The notes beneath the pieces were generated by a model. The model was not told the origin of the DNA, did no database searches, and saw only the letters and a list, made by a program, of their open reading frames with translations. The position numbers were made by a program, and so were the translations under genes. From Bdellovibrionales bacterium (GTDB lineage: Bacteria; Bdellovibrionota; Bdellovibrionia; Bdellovibrionales; JAMPXM01), in assembly GCA_043739185.1 (NCBI GenBank), contig JAYUEN010000214.1, forward strand, positions 1-15,707: a stretch of 15,707 bases of DNA. The letters are read 5' to 3'. Positions 1 to 7,928 of the stretch are shown here, piece by piece (position 1 is the stretch's first letter; each line of letters opens with the position of its first letter).

Positions 1-1077
1 AGAATATTTTGTGTGTAAATAAGTATCTAGATTTTTAAAACCATTTTGAAAATCAGCATCTCCTTGCTCGGACAATTTGAGTAAGATCGCCATTGAAGCA
101 TCTTGGGATAAAAACCCGAATCCAGCTTGATGTTCAAAAGAAGGATATGACTCCTCGTCGTTTAATATTTGGGTTCTCCATTCATTTGGCTTCATATTGA
201 GCTGCGTAAAAATATGAGTCAAATCAACATCGGTTTCAAATGCTAGGCCTTGAGACTTTATTCTTTGAAGTTGCTCTGAATTCAATTCACATTTCAAGGC
301 CGAATAGACAAAACCAAGCCTCGCCCAAAAGGGCAACTTAGACTCTAATATTCTTGAGGCGCGAAAAGCATTCATTCGACCGATCAAATCTGAAAAACGA
401 AGATTTGGCCGATTGCCGATATTGAAGCGCCCGGCTAAATAGGGATCTCTTGGGTCTTCACCTTGAATGAGCCACTTATATCGAGGGTGAGCGCTACGAG
501 CTTTGACAAACTCCAAATAAGAATCCTTATCTTCAATTAAATTGTCGTCATTTGAGCCATAGGCACCTGGCCAATTCGAATAAGCATCCCAGTTGGGCCG
601 CAAATCTGAAGCATGACAAGAACTACAAGAATTCAGCTTGGTAGTCGATTGACCAGATTTTGAAAATACCACTACCTGCAATTGATTTTGAACAGTCGGA
701 AATTGAATCATTCTAAAATCAAAGCGACGTGTTTCTTTTAAAAATTGAAAGCACTCTAGTGTATCAAAGCCAGCCTGACTTTTATCACCATTAAAAGCAC
801 ACGTAAGGCTCGCATTTTTCCCAAACATGATCACTCTAGGAAAGTGTCCGCTAGCCTCTTGTAAACTTCGCGACTCATGCATCAAAACATAGCCAGCGCG
901 AAATTCTGCCGGCAACAAGGGCAATAATTCCTCAATTGAATTGATATGATGATCCTGAATTAATTTAAGCAAATCCGAATAAACAAAATCTTTATTTTTA
1001 ACCTCAAACGCATTTGTTAAAGCTGCGGAGAATTGAAGTCCAATGACAAGACACATAATAAAAATATTTTGAATCAT
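1..1077 (-). CDS. Secreted protein with a single CxxCH heme-c attachment motif (putative c-type cytochrome); 3' end runs off the window
   Basis: Manual translation from the ATG at 1077 stays open for 359 codons to the window edge. It begins MIQNIFIMCLVIGLQFSAALTNA-FEV (signal-peptide-like) and contains CSSCH (nt 627-613) followed by LRPNWDAYSNWPGAYG. It is absent from the ORF track, presumably because no stop lies in the window. It starts 15 nt after the stop of the upstream gene. Confidence 0.8.
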   Translation of the reverse strand, partial: MIQNIFIMCLVIGLQFSAALTNAFEVKNKDFVYSDLLKLIQDHHINSIEELLPLLPAEFRAGYVLMHESRSLQEASGHFPRVIMFGKNASLTCAFNGDKSQAGFDTLECFQFLKETRRFDFRMIQFPTVQNQLQVVVFSKSGQSTTKLNSCSSCHASDLRPNWDAYSNWPGAYGSNDDNLIEDKDSYLEFVKARSAHPRYKWLIQGEDPRDPYLAGRFNIGNRPNLRFSDLIGRMNAFRASRILESKLPFWARLGFVYSALKCELNSEQLQRIKSQGLAFETDVDLTHIFTQLNMKPNEWRTQILNDEESYPSFEHQAGFGFLSQDASMAILLKLSEQGDADFQNGFKNLDTYLHTKYS

Positions 1078-1092
1078 TTCATCTTCATTTAT

Positions 1093-1767
1093 TTAAGAGT
1101 TTTCAAACAGCCAAGTGCGAAGTAGTTCGGGATCATTTAACTTTTTGATAATCAAACGCGTGGAGCCAACTAATTTTGGATCAGGAACCACAAGGCATGA
1201 GAATTTCAATAATTTACCTGAACGCTCAATGGTACATGATACGGTTAGTGAATTCGCGGCCCGAGGTAGTTGCTGATCAATCCACATTCCACCTAAGGAA
1301 ATATCGATGGTTCGACATTCAATGACGAGCGTATCGATTTTGACTTTGACGTCCATATTGAGCTTATAGCGCAAGCTCCCTCGCTCTTCTGCTTTTACAT
1401 CGCCTAATAAAATGAGGCGAGACTTCTCTAGGTCATCTTCTAATTCAAAAACTGGTCTTAAACTCACTTCTTTTTTTTCAGTTCCGGTTTTTGTAATACT
1501 TGATTTTTTAGTAACTTGAGAGCCTCGAATCGAACGAATGATCTCTGACTCTTCACTTAAAATATTTGCTTTATAATGTTTAGAAAATTCGGCAAATTTT
1601 GATATCGACTGCCACTCGGTTAGGCCCTCATGCCAAGCCTTCCAGTGTACAATTTCATTTGGAGTTAAACTTGAAATAATGGCTTGAACTTGCGAAAGCT
1701 TCAATCCATCAACTTGTTTTTCAGTCTTTTGATTGTAAAGGCTCCATTTTTTCTTTTCACTACTCAT
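1093..1767 (-). CDS. GYF_2 (DUF4339)-PilZ domain protein, putative c-di-GMP receptor
   Basis: The N-terminus has the GYF_2-like W..EG..EW pattern (KAWHEGLTEWQSI). The C-terminus has the PilZ motifs RxxxR (ERGSLRY) and DxSxxG (DISLGG). A GAGAGG RBS-like sequence lies upstream. Confidence 0.8.
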   Translation of the reverse strand: MSSEKKKWSLYNQKTEKQVDGLKLSQVQAIISSLTPNEIVHWKAWHEGLTEWQSISKFAEFSKHYKANILSEESEIIRSIRGSQVTKKSSITKTGTEKKEVSLRPVFELEDDLEKSRLILLGDVKAEERGSLRYKLNMDVKVKIDTLVIECRTIDISLGGMWIDQQLPRAANSLTVSCTIERSGKLLKFSCLVVPDPKLVGSTRLIIKKLNDPELLRTWLFENS

Positions 1768-1881
1768 TGAAAATTAAGCCTCTCATAGTAAATCACATAA
1801 TAATTCAGCAACTTGACTATTTTGTCATAAAACTCAATGTTGGATCAAACGAAATAGTAGACCCCTTGCTTATCTAGTCGA

Positions 1882-2793
1882 TTATTTCTTTCGAACCGGG
1901 ATAGGGACATTGCAAAGCTCGATGTGCCCAGCCTGATAGTGAAACCATTCTTCTGGACGATTACGCCGTGACTCGATGATTCTTTGAAAAACCTGCGAGT
2001 CGGTTTTCATCACCTCAAGATGGGTACGTTCGCTCTCAGCTATATCTGCCGCTAACCGAATGCTTTTTATACCAGACATTTGCTCTGGCTTTTCATAAAA
2101 CCCCATCGCCCCTGTCCCGCGCGGAAGGGAGGTGAGTTTTTCGATGCCTTGAACAACCCTTCCTATCAACGTCACATTTCGATCTAGCTGCCTCGGCGAA
2201 TGTCCAGTAACTACGTAAAGCTCGGTACCTCCTCCACTATCAATTGAGTTGTCGCGCCCTGTTCCAACGGCACCATAACAGTGAGTAAGCCATACTTTTT
2301 TTAGTTTAGGGTCTCTTGCAACGGGAAAGCCTAGAGAAAATCCAACTTCCTTTGCGTAAACATCACCGTCTTTTAGTTTCAAAAATGGGATTTTTGCATC
2401 AATTGCGCTATCAAATTCAGCGGACAAAGTTTCTTTGGCATTTTTTATTTTTCTTTTGAGCTCTGGTTTCTCGGCATTGGGATCGGCCCACTGGACCACA
2501 TAGTTGTCTTGCACTCGCACAATCGCCAAAGCATCCCAATAATTTTCTCGCGCAAGTGCTTTTACGTTTTCAATATGTTTCGGCGCAAATTGTGGGGCCA
2601 GTTCGATGATCACGCGCCCACTTGCAAGTTCAAGATAAAGTGTGTTTGCAGGATCAAGCTCTCGCCAATCTTCAGCCTTTGAAGCCGCAATGATTTCGCT
2701 CATTGCTTGAGCTTTTGCTTTGGTACTCTTAGCTGCAAAAATATTTTGAGAAAAGATAAAACCTATACCGAGAAAAAGAAAAGCAAACTTCAT
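1882..2793 (-). CDS. Exported cyclophilin-type peptidyl-prolyl cis-trans isomerase
   Basis: Signal peptide MKFAFLFLGIGFIFSQNIFA. Cyclophilin motifs GRVIIELAPQFAPKHIEN, RVQDNYVVQWADP and LDRNVTLIGRVVQG. GGGAG RBS upstream of the ATG. Confidence 0.9.
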   Translation of the reverse strand: MKFAFLFLGIGFIFSQNIFAAKSTKAKAQAMSEIIAASKAEDWRELDPANTLYLELASGRVIIELAPQFAPKHIENVKALARENYWDALAIVRVQDNYVVQWADPNAEKPELKRKIKNAKETLSAEFDSAIDAKIPFLKLKDGDVYAKEVGFSLGFPVARDPKLKKVWLTHCYGAVGTGRDNSIDSGGGTELYVVTGHSPRQLDRNVTLIGRVVQGIEKLTSLPRGTGAMGFYEKPEQMSGIKSIRLAADIAESERTHLEVMKTDSQVFQRIIESRRNRPEEWFHYQAGHIELCNVPIPVRKK

Positions 2794-2880
2794 TTTAACT
2801 CCCTAGAAGAAATCTTTTAGATCAAATGACCCAAAAATCAGATTTCTGCTGATTAGGCCAAAAAAAACTGAGAGGTGCAA

Positions 2881-4089
2881 TTAAAAATTTGCAGCTTCGT
2901 GATGGATAATCAAATATCCTCGAGTGGCAGACTCTTGAGATATGCTTGCCTGAAAAAGACTCTGAACAGATATCCAGTATGGCGAATTTGAAGTTAAATT
3001 GGTCTCACTTATAAGAACCATATCATTACTTGGATCATAGCCCCCAACCGGAACGAAATGTCCACCACCTGGCCGGCCAATAAGGGGCGACCAAAAATTC
3101 ACAATCATATCGACGCCACTACCCATTTGAACTGCCTTTCGAATTTGATTGCGAAAGGCTTCAAGCTCTAAAAGACTCGGGTCATGAATTTCATGTAATT
3201 CAAGTTGAAATGAAACTTCGCTCATTGTTTGATACAACTTCAAAACGCGAACGAAGTCGTTTAAGCTAAGTCCGGCATCATTTCCTACAAAAAAGTCTTC
3301 ACGAGATTTTAGCTTCAATGCAAATTCTAATAATTGCCATTCGTCGGCCTCATGGCCTCTTGCATTTAAAACGCGGCAACCAGCGGCCAATGAACAAGTC
3401 GCCATGGTTTGCTGGGCATGTTTCATTGCCATCAGATCTTCGCGAATTTGAACTCCATTCACTTGGGCATCTGGTTGGGTACCTGTTTGGCCTTTTGGCC
3501 TGAAAAATTTGAGATCTTCTCTTTCAACTTCTGCAAAATGAGTTCGGGCGTGGCTTCGAAATGGTATGTCAAGCTCCCGAGGCAATTTAAACGCAAATAA
3601 AAATTCTCCTGAATCTGGATCTCTTCGTACTTCAATATATTTCATGCGCATCCGATTCGGAATCCTCATAAGGCGCTTAAGAACTCCTTTTCGACTAATG
3701 GTATTTAAAAGCGTCTCATGTTGTTCGGGACTAAGACCACGAGATACCAGCTCAAATTTGTTCGAAAAGCTCAAATCAAAAGCAAAAACTGCTTTTGTGT
3801 CAAAGGCCTGAAGTTTCTCTTCTGAATTAAAAATACTTTCAATTTCGCCTAAGCTAGCCTGCAAAAACTCAGGCACACTTGAGTATTGATCCTTTTTAAA
3901 GTCCCAAATTTTGATTGGGGTTTTAACTACAAATTGGGAAATCTGAATTTCAGGCTTTTTTTGGTCAGCGAAAAAAACATTTTTACATTCATCTGCCGCC
4001 CATGAAAACTGAAAGTTAAAAAGCAAAGCAACGCCGAGAGCGATCTCACCCATTACTTTTTTACAATTTCGATGCCCAAAGACGTTCAT
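2881..4089 (-). CDS. Exported phytochelatin-synthase-family (papain-fold) Cys enzyme with an N-terminal extension of unknown function
   Basis: C-terminal domain has QQTMATCSLAAGCRVLNA, IVNF..GGGHFVPVGGYD...DMVLISE...PYWI...RGYLII, matching the PCS pattern. I moved the start from 4218 to the ATG at 4089, which has an AAGGATAGGA RBS and gives a signal peptide ending FSWA. Confidence 0.8.
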   Translation of the reverse strand: MNVFGHRNCKKVMGEIALGVALLFNFQFSWAADECKNVFFADQKKPEIQISQFVVKTPIKIWDFKKDQYSSVPEFLQASLGEIESIFNSEEKLQAFDTKAVFAFDLSFSNKFELVSRGLSPEQHETLLNTISRKGVLKRLMRIPNRMRMKYIEVRRDPDSGEFLFAFKLPRELDIPFRSHARTHFAEVEREDLKFFRPKGQTGTQPDAQVNGVQIREDLMAMKHAQQTMATCSLAAGCRVLNARGHEADEWQLLEFALKLKSREDFFVGNDAGLSLNDFVRVLKLYQTMSEVSFQLELHEIHDPSLLELEAFRNQIRKAVQMGSGVDMIVNFWSPLIGRPGGGHFVPVGGYDPSNDMVLISETNLTSNSPYWISVQSLFQASISQESATRGYLIIHHEAANF

Positions 4090-4250
4090 TTGTCCTATCC
4101 TTAAAAATTCAAGCAAACTCATAACAAGATCTAGCGCAATTAAGTCCCAAATTCTGCAAGCTCGATACCGTTTATTGATAATGAGCGTTCCGCTTTTGGG
4201 CACCCGAAATTCAAACATTTAAATTTTGGTATATAGATTGCAAAGTTTTT

Positions 4251-4294
4251 TATTCAAATTTGAATATTAATTTAATTGCGATTTTAAAATTGCA
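4251..4294. promoter_or_regulatory. Two adjacent palindromes (putative operators) in the divergent promoter region
   Basis: Perfect 16-bp palindrome TATTCAAATTTGAATA at 4251-4266, and 18-bp TGCGATTTTAAAATTGCA at 4277-4294 with one mismatched pair. Both lie between the divergent starts at 4089 and 4314. Confidence 0.45.
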
Positions 4295-4313
4295 CTTTTT
4301 TAGGAATTTGTTT

Positions 4314-5165
4314 ATGAACTCCGCACAACTAAAACAGAAATCAGAGTATGCCTTTGCCCGCCTCAGTCAATTGCTACTCATCTTTAGTTTTCTCTTTGTT
4401 CAAAATGCTTTCTCGAGTTCAAATACAGCAGCCATGTGTAAGGATCTATTTGAGTCTGCATCTGAACTTCAGCCTTTTATACGTGGGAGCTTTAGCCCTT
4501 CGACACAATCTGAGCCAGCTGTGGTTCGTGCGCTTTACTTCAATAATAAACTTGTTCCTAAAAACTCAAGCATCAACTTCAAAGGGCAAGACTACCTCGT
4601 ACTAGACTGGGGTTTTGATAAAAATGGCGAACAGATCATTCGACTTTCTCAAAGCCCTGAAACTTATATTATGGATTTGCCAATTCGCTCTCTCTCCGCA
4701 CGTGCATTTAAAATTAAACAAGTACGACTTGAGGACCTGCTCGCATACCAAAATGATTTGGTTGTGCTCAGAACCGTTCGCGATCATCCAAATATGACTC
4801 AACTTCAGGTAGAACGTTCATTTTTAGAACTTAAAAAATGGTTCTTTATAAAATTTAGAGCCGAAGTGGAGCATCCTGGTTTCAAAGCCTATATGTATAA
4901 TGAAATTGATATGCTCGATTTTGTTTGGCATTCCTTTTTGTTATTCACTGGCCCCTATGCAAGTTTTGGCAAAGATTATTTCGGCTATTTCATTCATCAC
5001 AGTCCGAATATGAGTTTGGAGAGCGCGACAACTTGGACAAAAAATCCTGAGCCAGAACGCCGAAGACAACTCTTTTATGAATATGTTCGCGAAACACTCG
5101 GCGAGGAAACCTATCAATCTTGGTTTGTTCGAAAAGAATTTGATCCTTATAAGGATCCCAGATAG
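4314..5165 (+). CDS. Exported protein with a C-terminal DUF1399/glycine-rich-domain-protein (GRDP)-like domain
   Basis: Motif LDFVWHSFLLFTGPYASFGKDYFGYFIHHSP fits D..WH...L.T..Y..F....G..HH.P. I moved the start from the TTG at 4260 to the ATG at 4314 (TAGGA RBS). A hydrophobic signal ends near QNA/AFS. Confidence 0.7.
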   Translation: MNSAQLKQKSEYAFARLSQLLLIFSFLFVQNAFSSSNTAAMCKDLFESASELQPFIRGSFSPSTQSEPAVVRALYFNNKLVPKNSSINFKGQDYLVLDWGFDKNGEQIIRLSQSPETYIMDLPIRSLSARAFKIKQVRLEDLLAYQNDLVVLRTVRDHPNMTQLQVERSFLELKKWFFIKFRAEVEHPGFKAYMYNEIDMLDFVWHSFLLFTGPYASFGKDYFGYFIHHSPNMSLESATTWTKNPEPERRRQLFYEYVRETLGEETYQSWFVRKEFDPYKDPR

Positions 5166-5174
5166 AACCAATGC

Positions 5175-5873
5175 ATGAGTCTAAACAGCCTTAAAGCCTT
5201 GGCATTTGCATCCCTAATTTTTCTTGCTCCTGTCATAGGGGCCTTCAACGCTATACTCCCCCATTCGTGCAACAAGGCGTTTATTTTTTTTGATTTGGGT
5301 GACACTCTAATTGATACCCATACCCATGATTACAATCCGATGTTTGCTATGCCTGGCGCGCTTGCTCATCTGCGAGAGTTAAACAGCCTTGGTTATCCTT
5401 TAGGGATCATTTCAGATGTGCCTGAGTCCTGGGGGAGAGATCAATTAGATGTGGCAAAGATTAAGGATTATCCTACCGCCAAATTTAAACGCCTTTTGAA
5501 CTTCATCGATGGGGTTTATTCTGGCGATCGCTCGAGTTGGCTGGGACCCAAATTCGAATGGTCTTTATTTGGCATTTTTGAAAATCGCGAAAAGACAGAG
5601 GGCGATAGCAGTCTAAAATTTTTCGGAAGAGTCATTTTACCCTTTAAAACTTCAGAACGAAAAAAAAATGGCAGTGTGATCATGTATCAGCGCGCCAGGC
5701 TTTTAGCGGCTCAATCAAGCTGTCAGGCGATCTACGAAACCAGTGATCAAAACGAGCTTAATCCTGCAAAAAAAGCTGGTCTCATCACCTACTTAGTAGG
5801 GGAAAAAAGCGACGGGGAATTCTATCTGCCAATAGCCAAAATTGGCACTCTCCTAAAGGCGCCAATTAGATAA
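5175..5873 (+). CDS. Exported HAD-superfamily hydrolase-like protein
   Basis: HAD motif I FFDLGDTL, cap exit MPGALAHLREL, motif II LGIISD, motif III Lys (ERKK), and a degenerate motif IV followed by AKKAGL. N-terminal hydrophobic signal. Starts 9 nt after the previous stop. Confidence 0.75.
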   Translation: MSLNSLKALAFASLIFLAPVIGAFNAILPHSCNKAFIFFDLGDTLIDTHTHDYNPMFAMPGALAHLRELNSLGYPLGIISDVPESWGRDQLDVAKIKDYPTAKFKRLLNFIDGVYSGDRSSWLGPKFEWSLFGIFENREKTEGDSSLKFFGRVILPFKTSERKKNGSVIMYQRARLLAAQSSCQAIYETSDQNELNPAKKAGLITYLVGEKSDGEFYLPIAKIGTLLKAPIR

Positions 5874-5875
5874 AA

Positions 5876-5904
5876 TTGACACGGCGCGGTTTCTGCTGTA
5901 GACT
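5876..5904 (+). promoter_or_regulatory. Sigma70-type promoter for the dikinase-MFS operon
   Basis: TTGACA at 5876-5881, a 17-nt spacer, then TAGACT at 5899-5904, 26 nt upstream of the ATG at 5931. Confidence 0.7.
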
Positions 5905-5930
5905 CCCCTCCTAACTTGTCGCGAGATAAA

Positions 5931-7928
5931 ATGATGGAAACTATGGAGCCTCTAGATCAAAAAGCTGAAATCTTAGTCCGGGCTTTGATCGGCGAAAAGT
6001 TAAGTCTAGCAGCCTTTAATCAATTGGCCGGGCATCTCGCTGGTTTGCCGTTTGTTAAAATTGTGGTTGATAAAACCAATAGTGAAATTCACTTCATCAA
6101 CAATCATTTTTATCAATTTCATGCTGATTATATTGCTGAGAATATTTTAGGAATTTCGATTGCAAAACTCGAGGCCGAACTCGATCAATACAATCAAAGT
6201 TTTTATATGGATTTGAATCGAAGATTTTATTTAGGAATCATCGCCCTTAATCAAACCCAAGATAAAAAGTTTTTCTCAATCGAAACAGTTGAAGTCGACC
6301 TGATGAATGCTGAGATGCTAAAATACTTTTTCAGTTTTGTGCGAGATCATATCGATATTTCAATACCACTCTTGCTAAAGCCCGCAAATCATATGCAAGA
6401 GTCGATGATGGGAAGCTTTGATCCCATACTCATTCCTAGAATTTACGCACATGAGATTTTCGCCTCATCAACCTTTACGGCTCTTCATCCTGGAGTCAGT
6501 AAGGGACGCATCCGTGCCTTTGAGAGCCAAAGTGAGTTTACAAAACAGAAATCAAGCATCGAATGGTACGATATAATTGTGATGAAGCGTGTGCCTGATG
6601 ATATCCCAAGGGTTTCAGGAATTATCAATGCCGAACCCACGACTCCTCTTTCACATACCAATGTTTTGGCCGCTGGCTGGCAAATACCCAATTGTATTCA
6701 AATTGGAATATTTGATATTTTAAAAACCCAAAAGCTTTTTGACTCTTGGGTTGAATACTCTGTTAAAGGCGAAAATTCTCGAGTTGATTTAAAGAAAATC
6801 GAGCGCCCAGTCGAAGCCGATCAGCGCCCCACCTGGAGCCTCCAGCGCATTAAAATCGAGGAGCCTGAAACGCTCAACGTTCCAATTATGAATCTCGAAT
6901 CGTTGCGCATGAGTGATCATTATAAGTTTGGAACCAAAGCCGCAAATCTCGGCGAAATGCATCACCTATTAAAATTTGGTTCGGATCGTCTCTTAGGTTT
7001 TTATAAGGTAAAGCGACCACCTCGCCCTAATCTCATATCCTTTATCAATCATTTTTTAAATATTCCGGAGCACGCCGACTCGACCAGACCGGCAAATGAA
7101 TTTCTTAAAAATTTCGCACAGGTTCCCAGAGGAATTGCGATTCCATTTTCGCTCCAACAGCAATTTCTCGAAACTTCGCCGGCCATTCAGCAGGCCATCG
7201 GCAAATTGAAAATGGCGCTAGAACTCAATGCCATTCAGACGGATTCGCTATGCATTGCACTTCAACAATTGATTAAAAACACCAGAATGCCCGACGAAAT
7301 GAGAAATTATATAGATTCTGAGATCGCCAAACATATGAGTGGCGTATCGACCTTTGTAGTTCGAAGCTCATCTAATGCAGAAGATCTCGAATCTTTTTCA
7401 GCTGCAGGCATTTACGAATCTATCAACCACATCACAACTGCTGGAAAAATTTTTGAAAGCATCAAAGTTGTTTGGGCTTCACTTCTGTCTCCACGCAGTG
7501 TTCGCTTACGACAAGATATGGGTATTTCACTTGACGACAGCTATATGGGTGTTGTCATTCAAGAGCAGGTGAAGTCTCACATTGGTGGCGTTTTGGTCAC
7601 AATGAATCCCATGAATCCATCTGATTTCAGAAATGTATATTTTAATATTTCAGCGCATTCGGTTAATCAAATTGTTCAGGGTACAGAGCTCCCATACCAA
7701 TATCTGTACAGCACAGTCGAAGGTGGCGGACGCACTCTTTCATTAGGTCGCTCACAAAAAGACTTAGATGAAAAACAAAAAGATATCTTAGGAAAACTCG
7801 CTTTTGCTGGGCGACTTCTGCAGTCGCACTTCTCTCCGGACTATACGTTTTCGGCTCCTGTTGATATGGAGTGGGTTGCAAACGACGAGGGTGTTTTCAT
7901 TTTGCAATTGAGACCATTTGCCAAATGA
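5931..7928 (+). CDS. PEP-synthase/PPDK-like dikinase: N-terminal unknown domain, phospho-His swivel domain, C-terminal ATP-grasp; no pyruvate-binding barrel
   Basis: His-domain motif TTPLSHTNVLA (His codon at 6654). ATP-grasp motifs GTKAANLGEM, VPRGIAIP, VRSSSNAED..FSAAGIYES, MGVVIQEQV, VDMEW and LQLRP at the extreme C-terminus. The start is uncertain: ATG at 5931, 5934 or 5943 preferred over the TTG at 5916. Confidence 0.85.
   Translation: MMETMEPLDQKAEILVRALIGEKLSLAAFNQLAGHLAGLPFVKIVVDKTNSEIHFINNHFYQFHADYIAENILGISIAKLEAELDQYNQSFYMDLNRRFYLGIIALNQTQDKKFFSIETVEVDLMNAEMLKYFFSFVRDHIDISIPLLLKPANHMQESMMGSFDPILIPRIYAHEIFASSTFTALHPGVSKGRIRAFESQSEFTKQKSSIEWYDIIVMKRVPDDIPRVSGIINAEPTTPLSHTNVLAAGWQIPNCIQIGIFDILKTQKLFDSWVEYSVKGENSRVDLKKIERPVEADQRPTWSLQRIKIEEPETLNVPIMNLESLRMSDHYKFGTKAANLGEMHHLLKFGSDRLLGFYKVKRPPRPNLISFINHFLNIPEHADSTRPANEFLKNFAQVPRGIAIPFSLQQQFLETSPAIQQAIGKLKMALELNAIQTDSLCIALQQLIKNTRMPDEMRNYIDSEIAKHMSGVSTFVVRSSSNAEDLESFSAAGIYESINHITTAGKIFESIKVVWASLLSPRSVRLRQDMGISLDDSYMGVVIQEQVKSHIGGVLVTMNPMNPSDFRNVYFNISAHSVNQIVQGTELPYQYLYSTVEGGGRTLSLGRSQKDLDEKQKDILGKLAFAGRLLQSHFSPDYTFSAPVDMEWVANDEGVFILQLRPFAK

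Noticed and set aside
1074..1088. Mini-ORF MKMK-stop on the minus strand overlapping the start of the CxxCH gene
   Set aside because: It is four codons in an AT-rich spacer and cannot be told from chance, although it does overlap the ATG at 1077 as ATGA.
1814..1827. TGAC-N6-GTCA inverted repeat upstream of the PilZ gene
   Set aside because: 4-bp arms are expected by chance and there is no other support.
2836..2854. AATCAG-N7-CTGATT hairpin between the PCS-like and cyclophilin genes
   Set aside because: The stem is short and AT-rich, too weak to call a terminator with confidence.
4090..4218. Longer N-terminus of the PCS-like ORF from 4218, and likewise the track starts at 4260, 7871 and 14498
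   Set aside because: Downstream ATGs have a better RBS or an ATGA coupling, and for the exported proteins they put the signal peptide at the N-terminus.
5931..7928. Assigning the symbol ppsA, ppdK or rph
   Set aside because: The domain order differs from all three and the pyruvate-binding barrel is absent.
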